DNA of 64,000 nt from a virus, in IMG/VR virus record IMGVR_UViG_3300045988_159115; one strand, written 5' to 3'. Of this stretch, positions 45,046 through 53,760 are shown one piece after another; position 1 is the first letter of the stretch; each line of letters starts with the position of its first letter. The position numbers and the translations under genes are program-made. The notes under the pieces were generated by a model. That model did not search any database, was not told the origin of the DNA, and was given only the letters and a program-made list of their open reading frames with translations.

Positions 45046-46062
45046 ATGAAACGCCCAACTATTGAAGAAAAGATTCGATCCACAATAACTGGATTTGATC
45101 TAATCTGCTATCCACGAAACTCAAATTTCATTTATAGGTTCAATCAGGTAATTCATAAGATTGATACGTTTGATGGGGAAGACAAGTATCAGATAAAGCA
45201 AGTCCATCATACCATAAAGGAAGATGGATTCTTGACATACTACGTATCAAAATTATCCTTCTTTATGAGTTTTGGAAATACTCTTGACGAAGGCGGATTT
45301 GAACGATTCACGATCAAATTAACCGATATTAATCCTTATAATCTTTTCGGTGCAAATTCGATTTTGCATGGAATAAATGATTCCACGTATGAAGACTCAG
45401 CTGCTCCTTATGTGGAATTAATGGACTTCTTGAAATACATCGGATACTATTCATCCGACGATTCGGAAGACAAACCGAAAGATCAATGGCTTCTGAAAAA
45501 TGTGATTTGCTCTCAAGACTTCTATGTCAATGGACATCCAGAGTTCTATCTGGAGCTTTTCAGAAGAGTTGCTATAGAAGCAAGCTCCAAGCAAGTTTCC
45601 AATGAAAAAGGATATAATTGGAATGATCAATGGGACGATGATATCGTATCAATTCGACTCGTCCATTTGAAAAAGCTTGCAAAGAAATATAATAATTTCC
45701 TTGAAGATAATAAACTGACTCCAGTGAAAAAGAAAGAATTAAAACTCTGCGAAAATCGTCTTAGATTTCAGGTGTGTCTCAAAACACCTCAGATAATCCG
45801 TCAGTTCTCAAATACGACAGACGGAAATCTTCTCTTGGAAATCTTAAGCGGAAAATATCAGACAGCAGTTGCTCTGATTGAGTATGCCGATAAATATTTC
45901 TCTGATAAAAAGTGGATTCTTTCTGATCACAATTCTATTCCAAAGAGAATTCAGGATGAGTATATTATCATCAATGGAGATAACTTCGACAAAACCTTTA
46001 CAAAGCTTTTCTATAGCTGGAAAACTTGCAAAGCAAATATGTCTCAATACGTAGTCTTATAA
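45046..46062 (+). CDS. hypothetical protein (338 aa)
   Basis: Complete ORF with a TAAGGAGG RBS and AT-rich codons. Confidence 0.85.
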   Translation: MKRPTIEEKIRSTITGFDLICYPRNSNFIYRFNQVIHKIDTFDGEDKYQIKQVHHTIKEDGFLTYYVSKLSFFMSFGNTLDEGGFERFTIKLTDINPYNLFGANSILHGINDSTYEDSAAPYVELMDFLKYIGYYSSDDSEDKPKDQWLLKNVICSQDFYVNGHPEFYLELFRRVAIEASSKQVSNEKGYNWNDQWDDDIVSIRLVHLKKLAKKYNNFLEDNKLTPVKKKELKLCENRLRFQVCLKTPQIIRQFSNTTDGNLLLEILSGKYQTAVALIEYADKYFSDKKWILSDHNSIPKRIQDEYIIINGDNFDKTFTKLFYSWKTCKANMSQYVVL

Positions 46063-46063
46063 T

Positions 46064-46109
46064 AAAATGACCATAGACAGTTTCTTTCGATTCTGTCTAT
46101 GGTCATTTT
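46064..46109 (+). terminator. rho-independent terminator
   Basis: 17-bp stem AAAATGACCATAGACAG / CTGTCTATGGTCATTTT. Confidence 0.8.
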
Positions 46110-46401
46110 CATGTCTAGAAATAAATGACGTACTTCAATTCTCAGAGGATAACGGCCTCCTGGCGAACTGAATTTCTTTCTTCAGCCATAACCGCCATTG
46201 AGTACAAAAGAAGGCGATAGTCATTTAAATCAGTGACGCAAAGGTCGCTTATATGACTCGTACTATCAGTCATTCTACCTCTGGGATACCGACACCAGTC
46301 TCAAATGAATAACTTATACATCGAATGCATAAGTCCAAGGATAATAAAAGTTTCCACAAACGAATTCTTCGCTAACAAATTGTATTCGGTATCCGGATAA
46401 A

Positions 46402-47319
46402 TTACGACGCAGAGAAATGCTTATCCTCTTTGTGGTCTTCCTTATCAGCTGTGCCAGCCATGGGAAGATTCTTTACCCACATCTCAAGAGAATCCATATA
46501 CTTCTGCTTCCACTTGCTCATCTGATTCGGATCATCATTCTCACTCATAGGCTTCACATACAGAGCCTTGAAGCCATTATCGAGAACCTTCCACTCCCAA
46601 TACTTCGGAGTCGTATTGAAGCGATAATCCTTTGAAAAGACGATACGTGCAGACGATGCTGTCTTACCGTTGATGACGCCATCCTTATTTCGGTCTCTCT
46701 TAAAATGAGAATCCATATAACCGGGAGAAGAATACTTCACACGGTAACCCTTACCCTCAAGTGCAACAACGATGTGCTTGATCGGATCAGGAGTCTTCTC
46801 ATTGGAATCGTCATTATTCGCATCAGCTTCAAAGAAACCTTTAAACATGGAATCCACAAGATTCGTACTTTCCATTTTTAACTCATCTCCTTTGATATAT
46901 TTCTTCAAGCGGTTCTTTTCTCCAATTACGTCTATAGTAATAGAGTACTCTTTCATTTTCTCGAAGATTGCCTTAGCTAGTTGTTTTTCGTGCTGTTTGT
47001 CAACACGGTTAAACATCTGAATTGCAAGAAGTACATGCTTTTTATCCGGCATGGGATACTTCTTTAATTCAGGAATTCCATAGTCAGACAAAGCAACTTT
47101 ACTGCGATCCAGCTTTGCTTCCAGAGTAAAATTCAAACTCTGATTAGCAAGTTCATTCGTTCTCCGAATCAGATCGTCTACGGTTACTTTGTCATATTCA
47201 TGCTTTCCACAACTACCACTTAGATCAATCGTAGGAAGCATTGCGCCTACAGAATATTCATTCAATTCATCATCTGAAATCTGAGTAGATGAATCATCAA
47301 ATACTGAAATATTTTTCAT
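46402..47319 (-). CDS. hypothetical protein (305 aa)
   Basis: Complete ORF with a GAAAGGAG RBS. Two-part architecture: an N-terminal half ending …KKYPMPDKKHVLLAIQMFNRVDKQHEKQLAKAI…, and a C-terminal half with no motif recognised. Confidence 0.85.
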   Translation of the reverse strand: MKNISVFDDSSTQISDDELNEYSVGAMLPTIDLSGSCGKHEYDKVTVDDLIRRTNELANQSLNFTLEAKLDRSKVALSDYGIPELKKYPMPDKKHVLLAIQMFNRVDKQHEKQLAKAIFEKMKEYSITIDVIGEKNRLKKYIKGDELKMESTNLVDSMFKGFFEADANNDDSNEKTPDPIKHIVVALEGKGYRVKYSSPGYMDSHFKRDRNKDGVINGKTASSARIVFSKDYRFNTTPKYWEWKVLDNGFKALYVKPMSENDDPNQMSKWKQKYMDSLEMWVKNLPMAGTADKEDHKEDKHFSAS

Positions 47320-47361
47320 GGATTACGATTTCTCCTTTCTATTAAAATTAGTATATAGTCA

Positions 47362-47410
47362 AAACAGAAATAACCCCAGTGTAGCATGATGGAAACTACA
47401 CTGGGGTTAT
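47362..47410 (-). terminator. terminator after the Mre11/SbcD gene
   Basis: 15-bp stem ATAACCCCAGTGTAG / CTACACTGGGGTTAT, followed on the minus strand by TTCTGTTTTG. Confidence 0.7.
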
Positions 47411-47483
47411 TTACTGATGGTAGGACATAGATAGATTGAAGTTATGGAAACCTTCGACCCTATCAAAATGTTACTGTAGTAAT

Positions 47484-48671
47484 TTATTGAGAAAGAAGAT
47501 ATCGCTTCACATCTTCTGGAGCAATTTCTTTTCCATACTCATCCTTGATGAAATAACTTACTTTATCTTCTGTAGATAGATTATCATCAAAGATAAATCC
47601 ATACTTATTCTTCATTGCAGTCAAAACTTCTTTATCTGCTTTATACTGAGAGGAAGCTTTCAAATTCTTCACTGCAATTTTAACGGATGGGTTATTCTTA
47701 TATCGCTCTCCAATAATTTTTGTAAAAGCTGTATCTTCTTGGTAATCTTCTGGGATATTAAAAACGTATCGAGTATGCTCAACACCAAGATCTTGATTGA
47801 CAGAATCCATTCTACCGAGAGTATCTATCAGCTCTTCTTGAGAAGAGTAAATATTGCTTCCTTTGGAAAACTGAATGGTATTAAATTTTGGAGCAAGTTC
47901 ATTCACAATAAATTCGTTTTCATACCTAGACTTACTAGGAGTAAATGTAAGATGATAAAAGCCTTTTTGCTCTTCTTCACCAAACTGCCACCTACTGTAG
48001 CTCCCTACATAATGAACGGTATCACGAATTGTAGAGTGAATGTGATAATGACCAAAATAGACTTCTCCATTACAAGCGTCCATCAATTCTTCTGATGAAA
48101 ATACTGGAACTTTCTTTCTACTACTGCTCTCATTAGAAGATTTGATAGATACCATAATATCATTGATCACTCCATGACCAAAAATATAGTCATAAGAATT
48201 TTCAGAATAGAGGTAATCTTTATAAAAATCTTCTTTTGATACCATGTATTCTTCTGGAAGATATAATACATGCATATCTGGTAGAAGTTCTTCATCAGAA
48301 ACTGATTTTATGATTCTGAAGTCAATATCTTTTCTGTCTTTATAGACATCAAAAATTCCATATTGATTTGATTCATGAGATTCTGTACCATAGATAATCC
48401 GAATTGGACAGAATTCTCCACAATCTGGATTCGTATGTCTCTTTGCAATTTCTACTACTTGATTCATAAATTCAATTGCATAAGAAACTGAATCATCATT
48501 TAATGAAAGTCTTTTATCAAAATAATCTCCATCAAAGATAATGAAGTTTAATTGATCCATAGATTCTATATATTGAAGAAAAACTTCTTCTAATTCTCTT
48601 TTTAGATGAGTAATATTAGTAGATCCAAAATGAATATCTGCTATTACTACTCCTTCATATTTTTTCTTCAT
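47484..48671 (-). CDS. sbcD: Mre11/SbcD-family metallophosphoesterase nuclease (T4 gp47-like), 395 aa
   Basis: Ordered phosphoesterase motifs are IADIHFG (D-x-H), FDGDYFD (GD-x2-D), YGTESHE, FGHG and GHYHIH. The ATG at 48671 (MKKKYEG) follows AAAGGTGA by 5 nt. Confidence 0.8.
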   Translation of the reverse strand: MKKKYEGVVIADIHFGSTNITHLKRELEEVFLQYIESMDQLNFIIFDGDYFDKRLSLNDDSVSYAIEFMNQVVEIAKRHTNPDCGEFCPIRIIYGTESHESNQYGIFDVYKDRKDIDFRIIKSVSDEELLPDMHVLYLPEEYMVSKEDFYKDYLYSENSYDYIFGHGVINDIMVSIKSSNESSSRKKVPVFSSEELMDACNGEVYFGHYHIHSTIRDTVHYVGSYSRWQFGEEEQKGFYHLTFTPSKSRYENEFIVNELAPKFNTIQFSKGSNIYSSQEELIDTLGRMDSVNQDLGVEHTRYVFNIPEDYQEDTAFTKIIGERYKNNPSVKIAVKNLKASSQYKADKEVLTAMKNKYGFIFDDNLSTEDKVSYFIKDEYGKEIAPEDVKRYLLSQ

Positions 48672-48731
48672 AGATTTCACCTTTTTATCTTTATAGATTA
48701 TTTTTACGTAGAAGAAGAAATCTATACTCAC

Positions 48732-48758
48732 TTATATTATATATTTTATATTATATAT
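48732..48758 (+). promoter_or_regulatory. tandem duplicated promoter-like box (2 x TTATATTATATAT)
   Basis: Two exact 13-mers 14 bp apart. Both contain the TATATTATAT core in plus orientation and point into the ORF-free region 48760..49350. Confidence 0.4.
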
Positions 48759-48966
48759 TTCGCCTCTCAAAAAATTTTTAAAAACATTTCATCATTTTTT
48801 CATAGATTGCTAGTTATATTAATTATTATAGGTTGAGATATATGAAAAAACGTTAAAATGTTTAAAGTGAAAAATAGAGAAATCAATAAAGTTCTAAGGG
48901 TAAGTAAAAATCATAAAAATTTCACTTCTATTTTTTGGAAATTTTTTCATCTATTTTGGGGTAAAA

Positions 48967-49016
48967 TTTGGTAGAAATTGATCGAATCTAAAAATTCGGA
49001 ATCAACTTCTACCAAA
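48967..49016. repeat. long imperfect inverted repeat / hairpin
   Basis: TTTGGTAGAAATTGATCGAAT … ATTCGGAATCAACTTCTACCAAA. About 20 of 23 positions pair, with a 6-nt loop. Confidence 0.7.
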
Positions 49017-49103
49017 AAATTCAAAAATTGGGGCAAAAAAAGACTCGAGCGCTTGAACAGGACACCGAGTCAAAAATCGCCGCGACCTGACATGCATTCG
49101 CGA

Positions 49104-49199
49104 CTTACTTCTTTTTTCTTTTCTTTCATTTATTCTAATTTCTTTTTCTTCTTTTCTCTCTTTTTCTTTCTTCTTATTCACTTTCTATTCTTGTATTAT
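49104..49199 (+). repeat. 96-nt polypyrimidine (C/T) tract
   Basis: cttacttcttttttcttttctttcatttattctaatttctttttcttcttttctctctttttctttcttcttattcactttctattcttgtattat is about 90 percent C/T on the plus strand. Confidence 0.85.
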
Positions 49200-49344
49200 T
49201 AGATGACCATATCTTTTCCCCCCTTCAGTCAGAATTATTTTTTACTACGAATTGGTCAGTATGACGTAGCAATCTGCCCCGGGGCGATACGGGCATGACT
49301 AAGATAACGATTAGCCAGCGAATTAGATATATATGAGAGATATG

Positions 49345-49390
49345 ATGAAAAATAATTAGCATACATAATTACTCTTATGTATGCTAATTA
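49345..49390. terminator. terminator after the 49415..50005 gene (bidirectional shape)
   Basis: 16-bp stem TAATTAGCATACATAA / TTATGTATGCTAATTA with a 6-nt loop. A-tract before and T-tract after on both strands. Confidence 0.75.
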
Positions 49391-49414
49391 TTATTTTAAA
49401 ATACAATTGTATTT

Positions 49415-50005
49415 TTATGCACCCTTGATCAGGCACATAGTGGTAGACTTGATATTACCACCAGCCCAAGCTGTGTTGTAATCTGCCATAGAAGCGAAAG
49501 TTTTGAAGCTTTCAGATGCGGCAGTGGCGGAAGATTTTGCTTCGGCTGCGATACTCTTAGCAGAGTCAGCTGTGCTCTTTGCAGTATTAGCAACGGACTT
49601 CGCTGAGTCCGCTGCTGTCTTAGCAGCATTTGCAGTTGTAACCGCATTGGATGCTGCCTTAGACGCGGCGCTTGCTGAATCCTTTGCTGTTGTAGCATTA
49701 GACATTGCTGTGTTAGAGTTAGTCAGCGCTGTGTCAGCAGTACTCTTTGCAGTATTTGCAGTCTTAGTAGCTGCATCTGCTGCGGTCTTAGCTGCATTTG
49801 CTGTGGAGTTGGCAGTGTTTGCTGTAGACTGAGCTTTGCTGGTAGCAGTATCCATGCTGGTGATCTTGGAAGCCAGCGTAGTACCTGTGCCGTTCATGAT
49901 AACGAGATTGCTCAGGGTACGAGGCAGGAACGGGATCTTACCATTGACGTTACCAGAAGAATCGAACGTCTTTTTATACAGCACACCCATTAAGGCATTT
50001 GCCAT
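49415..50005 (-). CDS. fibrous Ala/Thr/Ser/Asn-repeat protein (tail-fibre or whisker-like), 196 aa
   Basis: The central ~130 aa are degenerate repeats of the type TANTAKSTAD(T/S)A… (KAQSTANTANSTANAAKTAADAATKTANTAKSTADTALTNSNTAMSNATTAKDSASAASKAASNAVTTANAAKTAADSAKSVANTAKSTADSAKSIAAEAKSS). GC-rich codons. Confidence 0.6.
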   Translation of the reverse strand: MANALMGVLYKKTFDSSGNVNGKIPFLPRTLSNLVIMNGTGTTLASKITSMDTATSKAQSTANTANSTANAAKTAADAATKTANTAKSTADTALTNSNTAMSNATTAKDSASAASKAASNAVTTANAAKTAADSAKSVANTAKSTADSAKSIAAEAKSSATAASESFKTFASMADYNTAWAGGNIKSTTMCLIKGA

Positions 50006-50033
50006 AGTTTAATTTACCACCTTTCGTTTGAGT

Positions 50034-51014
50034 TTACATCACACGAGCGAGTTCACTGTAGAACCTATTGATATTCTTCGTGTTCTTTATGATATCGTTT
50101 AAAGCCGTCTGACTCACCAAGAATGTGCTCATGACAACGTTCGTAATCACAAAGAATACATAAGGAAGATAATCAATGCTTAAGATAGATGACCCGTGGT
50201 AGGTCTTGATGAATCGTTCGATATAATATCTCAAATTCAGATCACTCATTCGAGGAGACAGCGATTTTACAAACTCTAAGAGATTTGCAATCGTTTTAAT
50301 CTCCATTTTAGAATAAGTGGCATCAAGTGCATCCAAATCAAACTGCTGAATATACTTCAGATCACTGGATGCGTAATTTGAGACAAGACCCGTATTAGGA
50401 TACTCCCATACACATTCCAGATAGAATCTCTTGATACAGTAGCACACTTTATCGTAAAGAACCTTATCCAGAGTGAGAGCATATTCCTTATTCAGGATTC
50501 TTGCCATCATCTCAGTATAGACGGAAGCTGTTGTCATCATCAGCTCTGCATTCTTCATAACCTTTACCGGATCGGTTTGAAGTTTCAGAGCGATATATGC
50601 ACCCTCCATCAGGCCGTAGAGCTGTTTTGCAGGAATGACAAGAATGGAATCGTCTTTAATCGTTGCAAACGCATTGATAAAGATAGTAGAAACGATCTTA
50701 CCATCACTTTTTCTACGTACGATGAAAGGCATGGCAACACCGACCTTTTCTGTATTATTCCAGATAATTTCGATATCGCCATTGTTAAATGCTTCCAGTA
50801 CTTTCTGAGATAGAGGGGAAATACCAGCACCACGACGAATGATCGCATACTGATCTTCAATGTAAGATTTATCAAGCAGAACGCCAGAGGATAAATACTT
50901 GACGATTTTATCTACAACGCCATTCGCTTGATTAAACGTCTTATAGACAAGAGAATCTTCCATTGTATTTTCACAGACGTAGTCGGCATCTGTGAGAAAG
51001 CGTGAAATATCCAT
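50034..51014 (-). CDS. hypothetical protein (326 aa)
   Basis: Complete ORF with an AAGAAAGGAG RBS. Located between the fibre-like gene and family member P5, so a virion role is possible by context only. Confidence 0.8.
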   Translation of the reverse strand: MDISRFLTDADYVCENTMEDSLVYKTFNQANGVVDKIVKYLSSGVLLDKSYIEDQYAIIRRGAGISPLSQKVLEAFNNGDIEIIWNNTEKVGVAMPFIVRRKSDGKIVSTIFINAFATIKDDSILVIPAKQLYGLMEGAYIALKLQTDPVKVMKNAELMMTTASVYTEMMARILNKEYALTLDKVLYDKVCYCIKRFYLECVWEYPNTGLVSNYASSDLKYIQQFDLDALDATYSKMEIKTIANLLEFVKSLSPRMSDLNLRYYIERFIKTYHGSSILSIDYLPYVFFVITNVVMSTFLVSQTALNDIIKNTKNINRFYSELARVM

Positions 51015-51087
51015 ATCTATCTCCTTTCTTTCGTTATTTATTTAGCTAAATAAGTGACTTACCCTATTGTTTTTAAGGGGTATATTG

Positions 51088-51129
51088 AGCAAAAAGAGAG
51101 ATTACGGATAATCTCACGTAATCTCTCTT
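51088..51129. terminator. terminator after the 51158..52168 gene
   Basis: 13-bp stem AAGAGAGATTACG / CGTAATCTCTCTT, with T-tracts on both strands. Confidence 0.7.
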
Positions 51130-51157
51130 AGTTTTTGGAAAATTGGAGTACTCCAAA

Positions 51158-52168
51158 TTAGATGTCCATGTATGCGAAGATATCATCCCAGCTGGAAGAC
51201 TCGCTCAGGAAGCTACCGGATGCAAAGTCGGAGTATGCACTACTATTAACATTCTGCTCCTTCGTCTTGTCATCTTTAGGAGCGGGGGTACCGCTCTTAG
51301 GTGCAGCAGCATCCTGTTCATCCTTAGGCGTCTGCTCGGCTGCCGGAGTTTCAGCTGCTGCAGCTTGAGCACCAGTTCCACCACCTGCTGCGTTTGCTGC
51401 TTCTTCCTCTTTCGGATCCAGCTTAAGCTCCTTACCGTCTGCGCCTTTCTCTTCTTGGGCATTAAGTTTTTCAGCAGATTTATTGATCATCTGGCCGATT
51501 TTCTTTCTCATCCAACCAACGAGGGTAACCTTTTCAGCCTTAAAATCCTTAAAGATTTTTGTAAGCATAGCAGCACCTGACGCACCAAGTGCTGTGACAA
51601 CGCTCGCATTTGGATGATCTTTGATATATTGGGCAGCATCACTACCATCCTTGATAGCGGTTGCCTGCAGGTCGACAAATTTCTTGTATGTCATCTTAAC
51701 CTTTCGACCTGCAAAAATTGATGCGCCAATACTAGCCGCAATACCAGCAATTCGAGCAGCAATACCTGGTGTGCTATGACCTGATGTGATTTCGTGGCAG
51801 AGACCGCTGAACTTCTTGTAAAGGCTTACCTTTTCGGCATTTACCGGAATGACAGGGTTGCCTTTAAATTCGATACCGAAGATCGCAGAAATAATACCCT
51901 GTAACCAGCTCACGAATTTATCCCAGATTTCCTTGACGCCCTCAGTATACACCTGAGCCTGCTCCTGGAAATCGGAGAAATCCATACAGCCGTTTGCAGC
52001 TTCCATGGCAACACCCATGAAGGTATTTTCCAGAGCTTCATACTCGGCAACAATGTGATCGCCCTCGATATCCATGACCTTTTCCAGCATCTGAGTGGCC
52101 TGGGGACCAGAAATTTCACCACTCTGATACGACTCATAAATACTACGACGTAAATCATTATAAGTCAT
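51158..52168 (-). CDS. helical hypothetical protein, family member P5 (336 aa)
   Basis: The N-terminus …IYESYQSGEISGPQATQMLEKV carries the same motif as P3 and P4. …EGVKEIWDKFVSWLQGIISAIFG resembles the P1/P2 amphipathic segment. The C-terminus is Ala/Pro/Lys/Glu-rich. Confidence 0.8.
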   Translation of the reverse strand: MTYNDLRRSIYESYQSGEISGPQATQMLEKVMDIEGDHIVAEYEALENTFMGVAMEAANGCMDFSDFQEQAQVYTEGVKEIWDKFVSWLQGIISAIFGIEFKGNPVIPVNAEKVSLYKKFSGLCHEITSGHSTPGIAARIAGIAASIGASIFAGRKVKMTYKKFVDLQATAIKDGSDAAQYIKDHPNASVVTALGASGAAMLTKIFKDFKAEKVTLVGWMRKKIGQMINKSAEKLNAQEEKGADGKELKLDPKEEEAANAAGGGTGAQAAAAETPAAEQTPKDEQDAAAPKSGTPAPKDDKTKEQNVNSSAYSDFASGSFLSESSSWDDIFAYMDI

Positions 52169-52268
52169 AATGTATTCTCCTTTACATTAAAAATTTAAAG
52201 TCCCAGAATATCTAGGACACAATTGGTTAATTAGCTGTTTCTCGGAAAACGCATCGAGGTGATTAATT

Positions 52269-53060
52269 ATGAAAGCGTTTTTATCAGTTCTATTCATTCC
52301 ACTGGCTGCTATTCTCTTATCGGTTAACGTAAACTACACAAAAGAATTTGGCCTTGTAGCCGACGCATCTTATCATGATACGACGATGTCGATTGCGTCA
52401 GACTATTCAGATCGTCAAATGGTTACAGACAAAGAAAAAGCGTATCTTCATCAATTTGGCGAGAAAAAATTTAATGAGGTCTGGACTTCGCTATTGAAAG
52501 ACGAATTATCTACTCTTGATGAAGAAAACGATTATACATCGGTTGTAGATACTTTCAGTAAGTTTTATCGTCTCTATAAAGAAGTCTATCCAGATTCTCA
52601 GCAAGTTTCAGATCTTGACTCTCTCTATCAAGAGGGCTTGAAGCTCTTTAATATTATTTCAAATTCAGAGTCTTCTTATGGATTTAATCTGTCTCGATAT
52701 CTTATTCTTTTAAAGGGAGCTACGATTCAGATTCATTCCAAAATCAACGCTTCTAATCAAAGCATCATTGCGTCTTATTCTCATCCATACTATGGATATT
52801 TTTACGTAAATATCTTAAACCAGCCAGATCAATCTTTCTCTGGCGATTTGATTTTAGCAATTCCAGATTCTATTCCGGTCACAGAAGGAAGTATCTTGAG
52901 AACAGATGTTGGCCTGTTCGATGATACAGAAAATTCTTCGGAGACATATGGGATCGTAATGAATAGAAGTGTCTATGAGGATGAAATGAGAACGTATGAA
53001 AACGCTCTAGTTTCATATTACATTGAGCTTCCTCAAAAGATCTTAGATAGATTCTTATAA
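52269..53060 (+). CDS. signal-anchored hypothetical protein, paralog of 55303..56049 (263 aa)
   Basis: N-terminal hydrophobic segment MKAFLSVLFIPLAAILLSVNV. EKKFNEVWTSLLKDELSTL and TFSKFYRLYKEVYPDS align with DEEFYQVWLTALKEDEVSRL and TFVSYYELYDTIYPDS of the other gene. Confidence 0.8.
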   Translation: MKAFLSVLFIPLAAILLSVNVNYTKEFGLVADASYHDTTMSIASDYSDRQMVTDKEKAYLHQFGEKKFNEVWTSLLKDELSTLDEENDYTSVVDTFSKFYRLYKEVYPDSQQVSDLDSLYQEGLKLFNIISNSESSYGFNLSRYLILLKGATIQIHSKINASNQSIIASYSHPYYGYFYVNILNQPDQSFSGDLILAIPDSIPVTEGSILRTDVGLFDDTENSSETYGIVMNRSVYEDEMRTYENALVSYYIELPQKILDRFL

Positions 53061-53104
53061 AAAAGAAGAAGGAGTACCTAATGCCAAGGTACTCCTTCTT
53101 TTTA
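53061..53104. terminator. bidirectional terminator between convergent genes
   Basis: 14-bp stem AAGAAGGAGTACCT / AGGTACTCCTTCTT flanked by A- and T-tracts. Confidence 0.75.
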
Positions 53105-53743
53105 CTGCTTGAAGGTTCCTCCGTAGTATCTTACGAATAGAGCCATTTCGTCAAATGCATACCCGTCTCTGAATTCTTCTAAGATGAGATTGCACGCAGG
53201 ACCATAGGAATTATAGGTTGAATCATAGTCTGGTTCGTAAAGCATGAATCCTTTCTTTTTCTTATAGAAAGAATATGCATCGTTGTAAAGAAGACTCTGA
53301 AGAGCATCTCGGTATTCCTGTCTAAGTAGACTTGGATCATTGCTCGGATCAATCGCATATTCCCAAACCGAGTCTGCCATCATCATAGTAGTCTCTTCTT
53401 CTCCAGACGTACATGTCACCGTTGTAGGAACTCTTCTCGTTGGATCTTCTTGATCTCTTGCATAGAATCTTCCAACCTGGAGATACTCCCTGGGATACTT
53501 TGCACAGATGCTCATATACATCTCATGGCTCATCTTCGTTTTTACGAAGTTAAATTTCGTCATGTCTCGTAATTCTCTGAACGAGTCTGCGAGAGCCTTA
53601 TCATCGGTGTATGCATACAATCTGGCTGTATCCGTTATATTCATAAACTCCAGTTGATTCAGTTTTACAGGAAGAGGCCCGCTTAAAGTTCCGTTGGAAA
53701 ACGTCATCATCTTTGGCTTCAGATAGAATAGGTAGACTTTCAA
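53102..53743 (-). CDS. MKVY-family paralog A (213 aa)
   Basis: TTG start giving MKVYLFYL, with GGAGGTGA 5 nt upstream. Shares LYAYTDDKALADSFRELRDMTKF and YRDALQSL with the three tandem genes at 58707..60491. Confidence 0.8.
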   Translation of the reverse strand: MKVYLFYLKPKMMTFSNGTLSGPLPVKLNQLEFMNITDTARLYAYTDDKALADSFRELRDMTKFNFVKTKMSHEMYMSICAKYPREYLQVGRFYARDQEDPTRRVPTTVTCTSGEEETTMMMADSVWEYAIDPSNDPSLLRQEYRDALQSLLYNDAYSFYKKKKGFMLYEPDYDSTYNSYGPACNLILEEFRDGYAFDEMALFVRYYGGTFKQ

Positions 53744-53760
53744 CTACTTCACCTCCATTC

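Noticed and set aside
48978-49202. 74-aa track ORF ending in FFFSFIYSNFFFFFSLFFFLLIHFLFLYY.
   Set aside because: It is simply the translation of the polypyrimidine tract. It has a TTG start, no RBS and an implausible composition.
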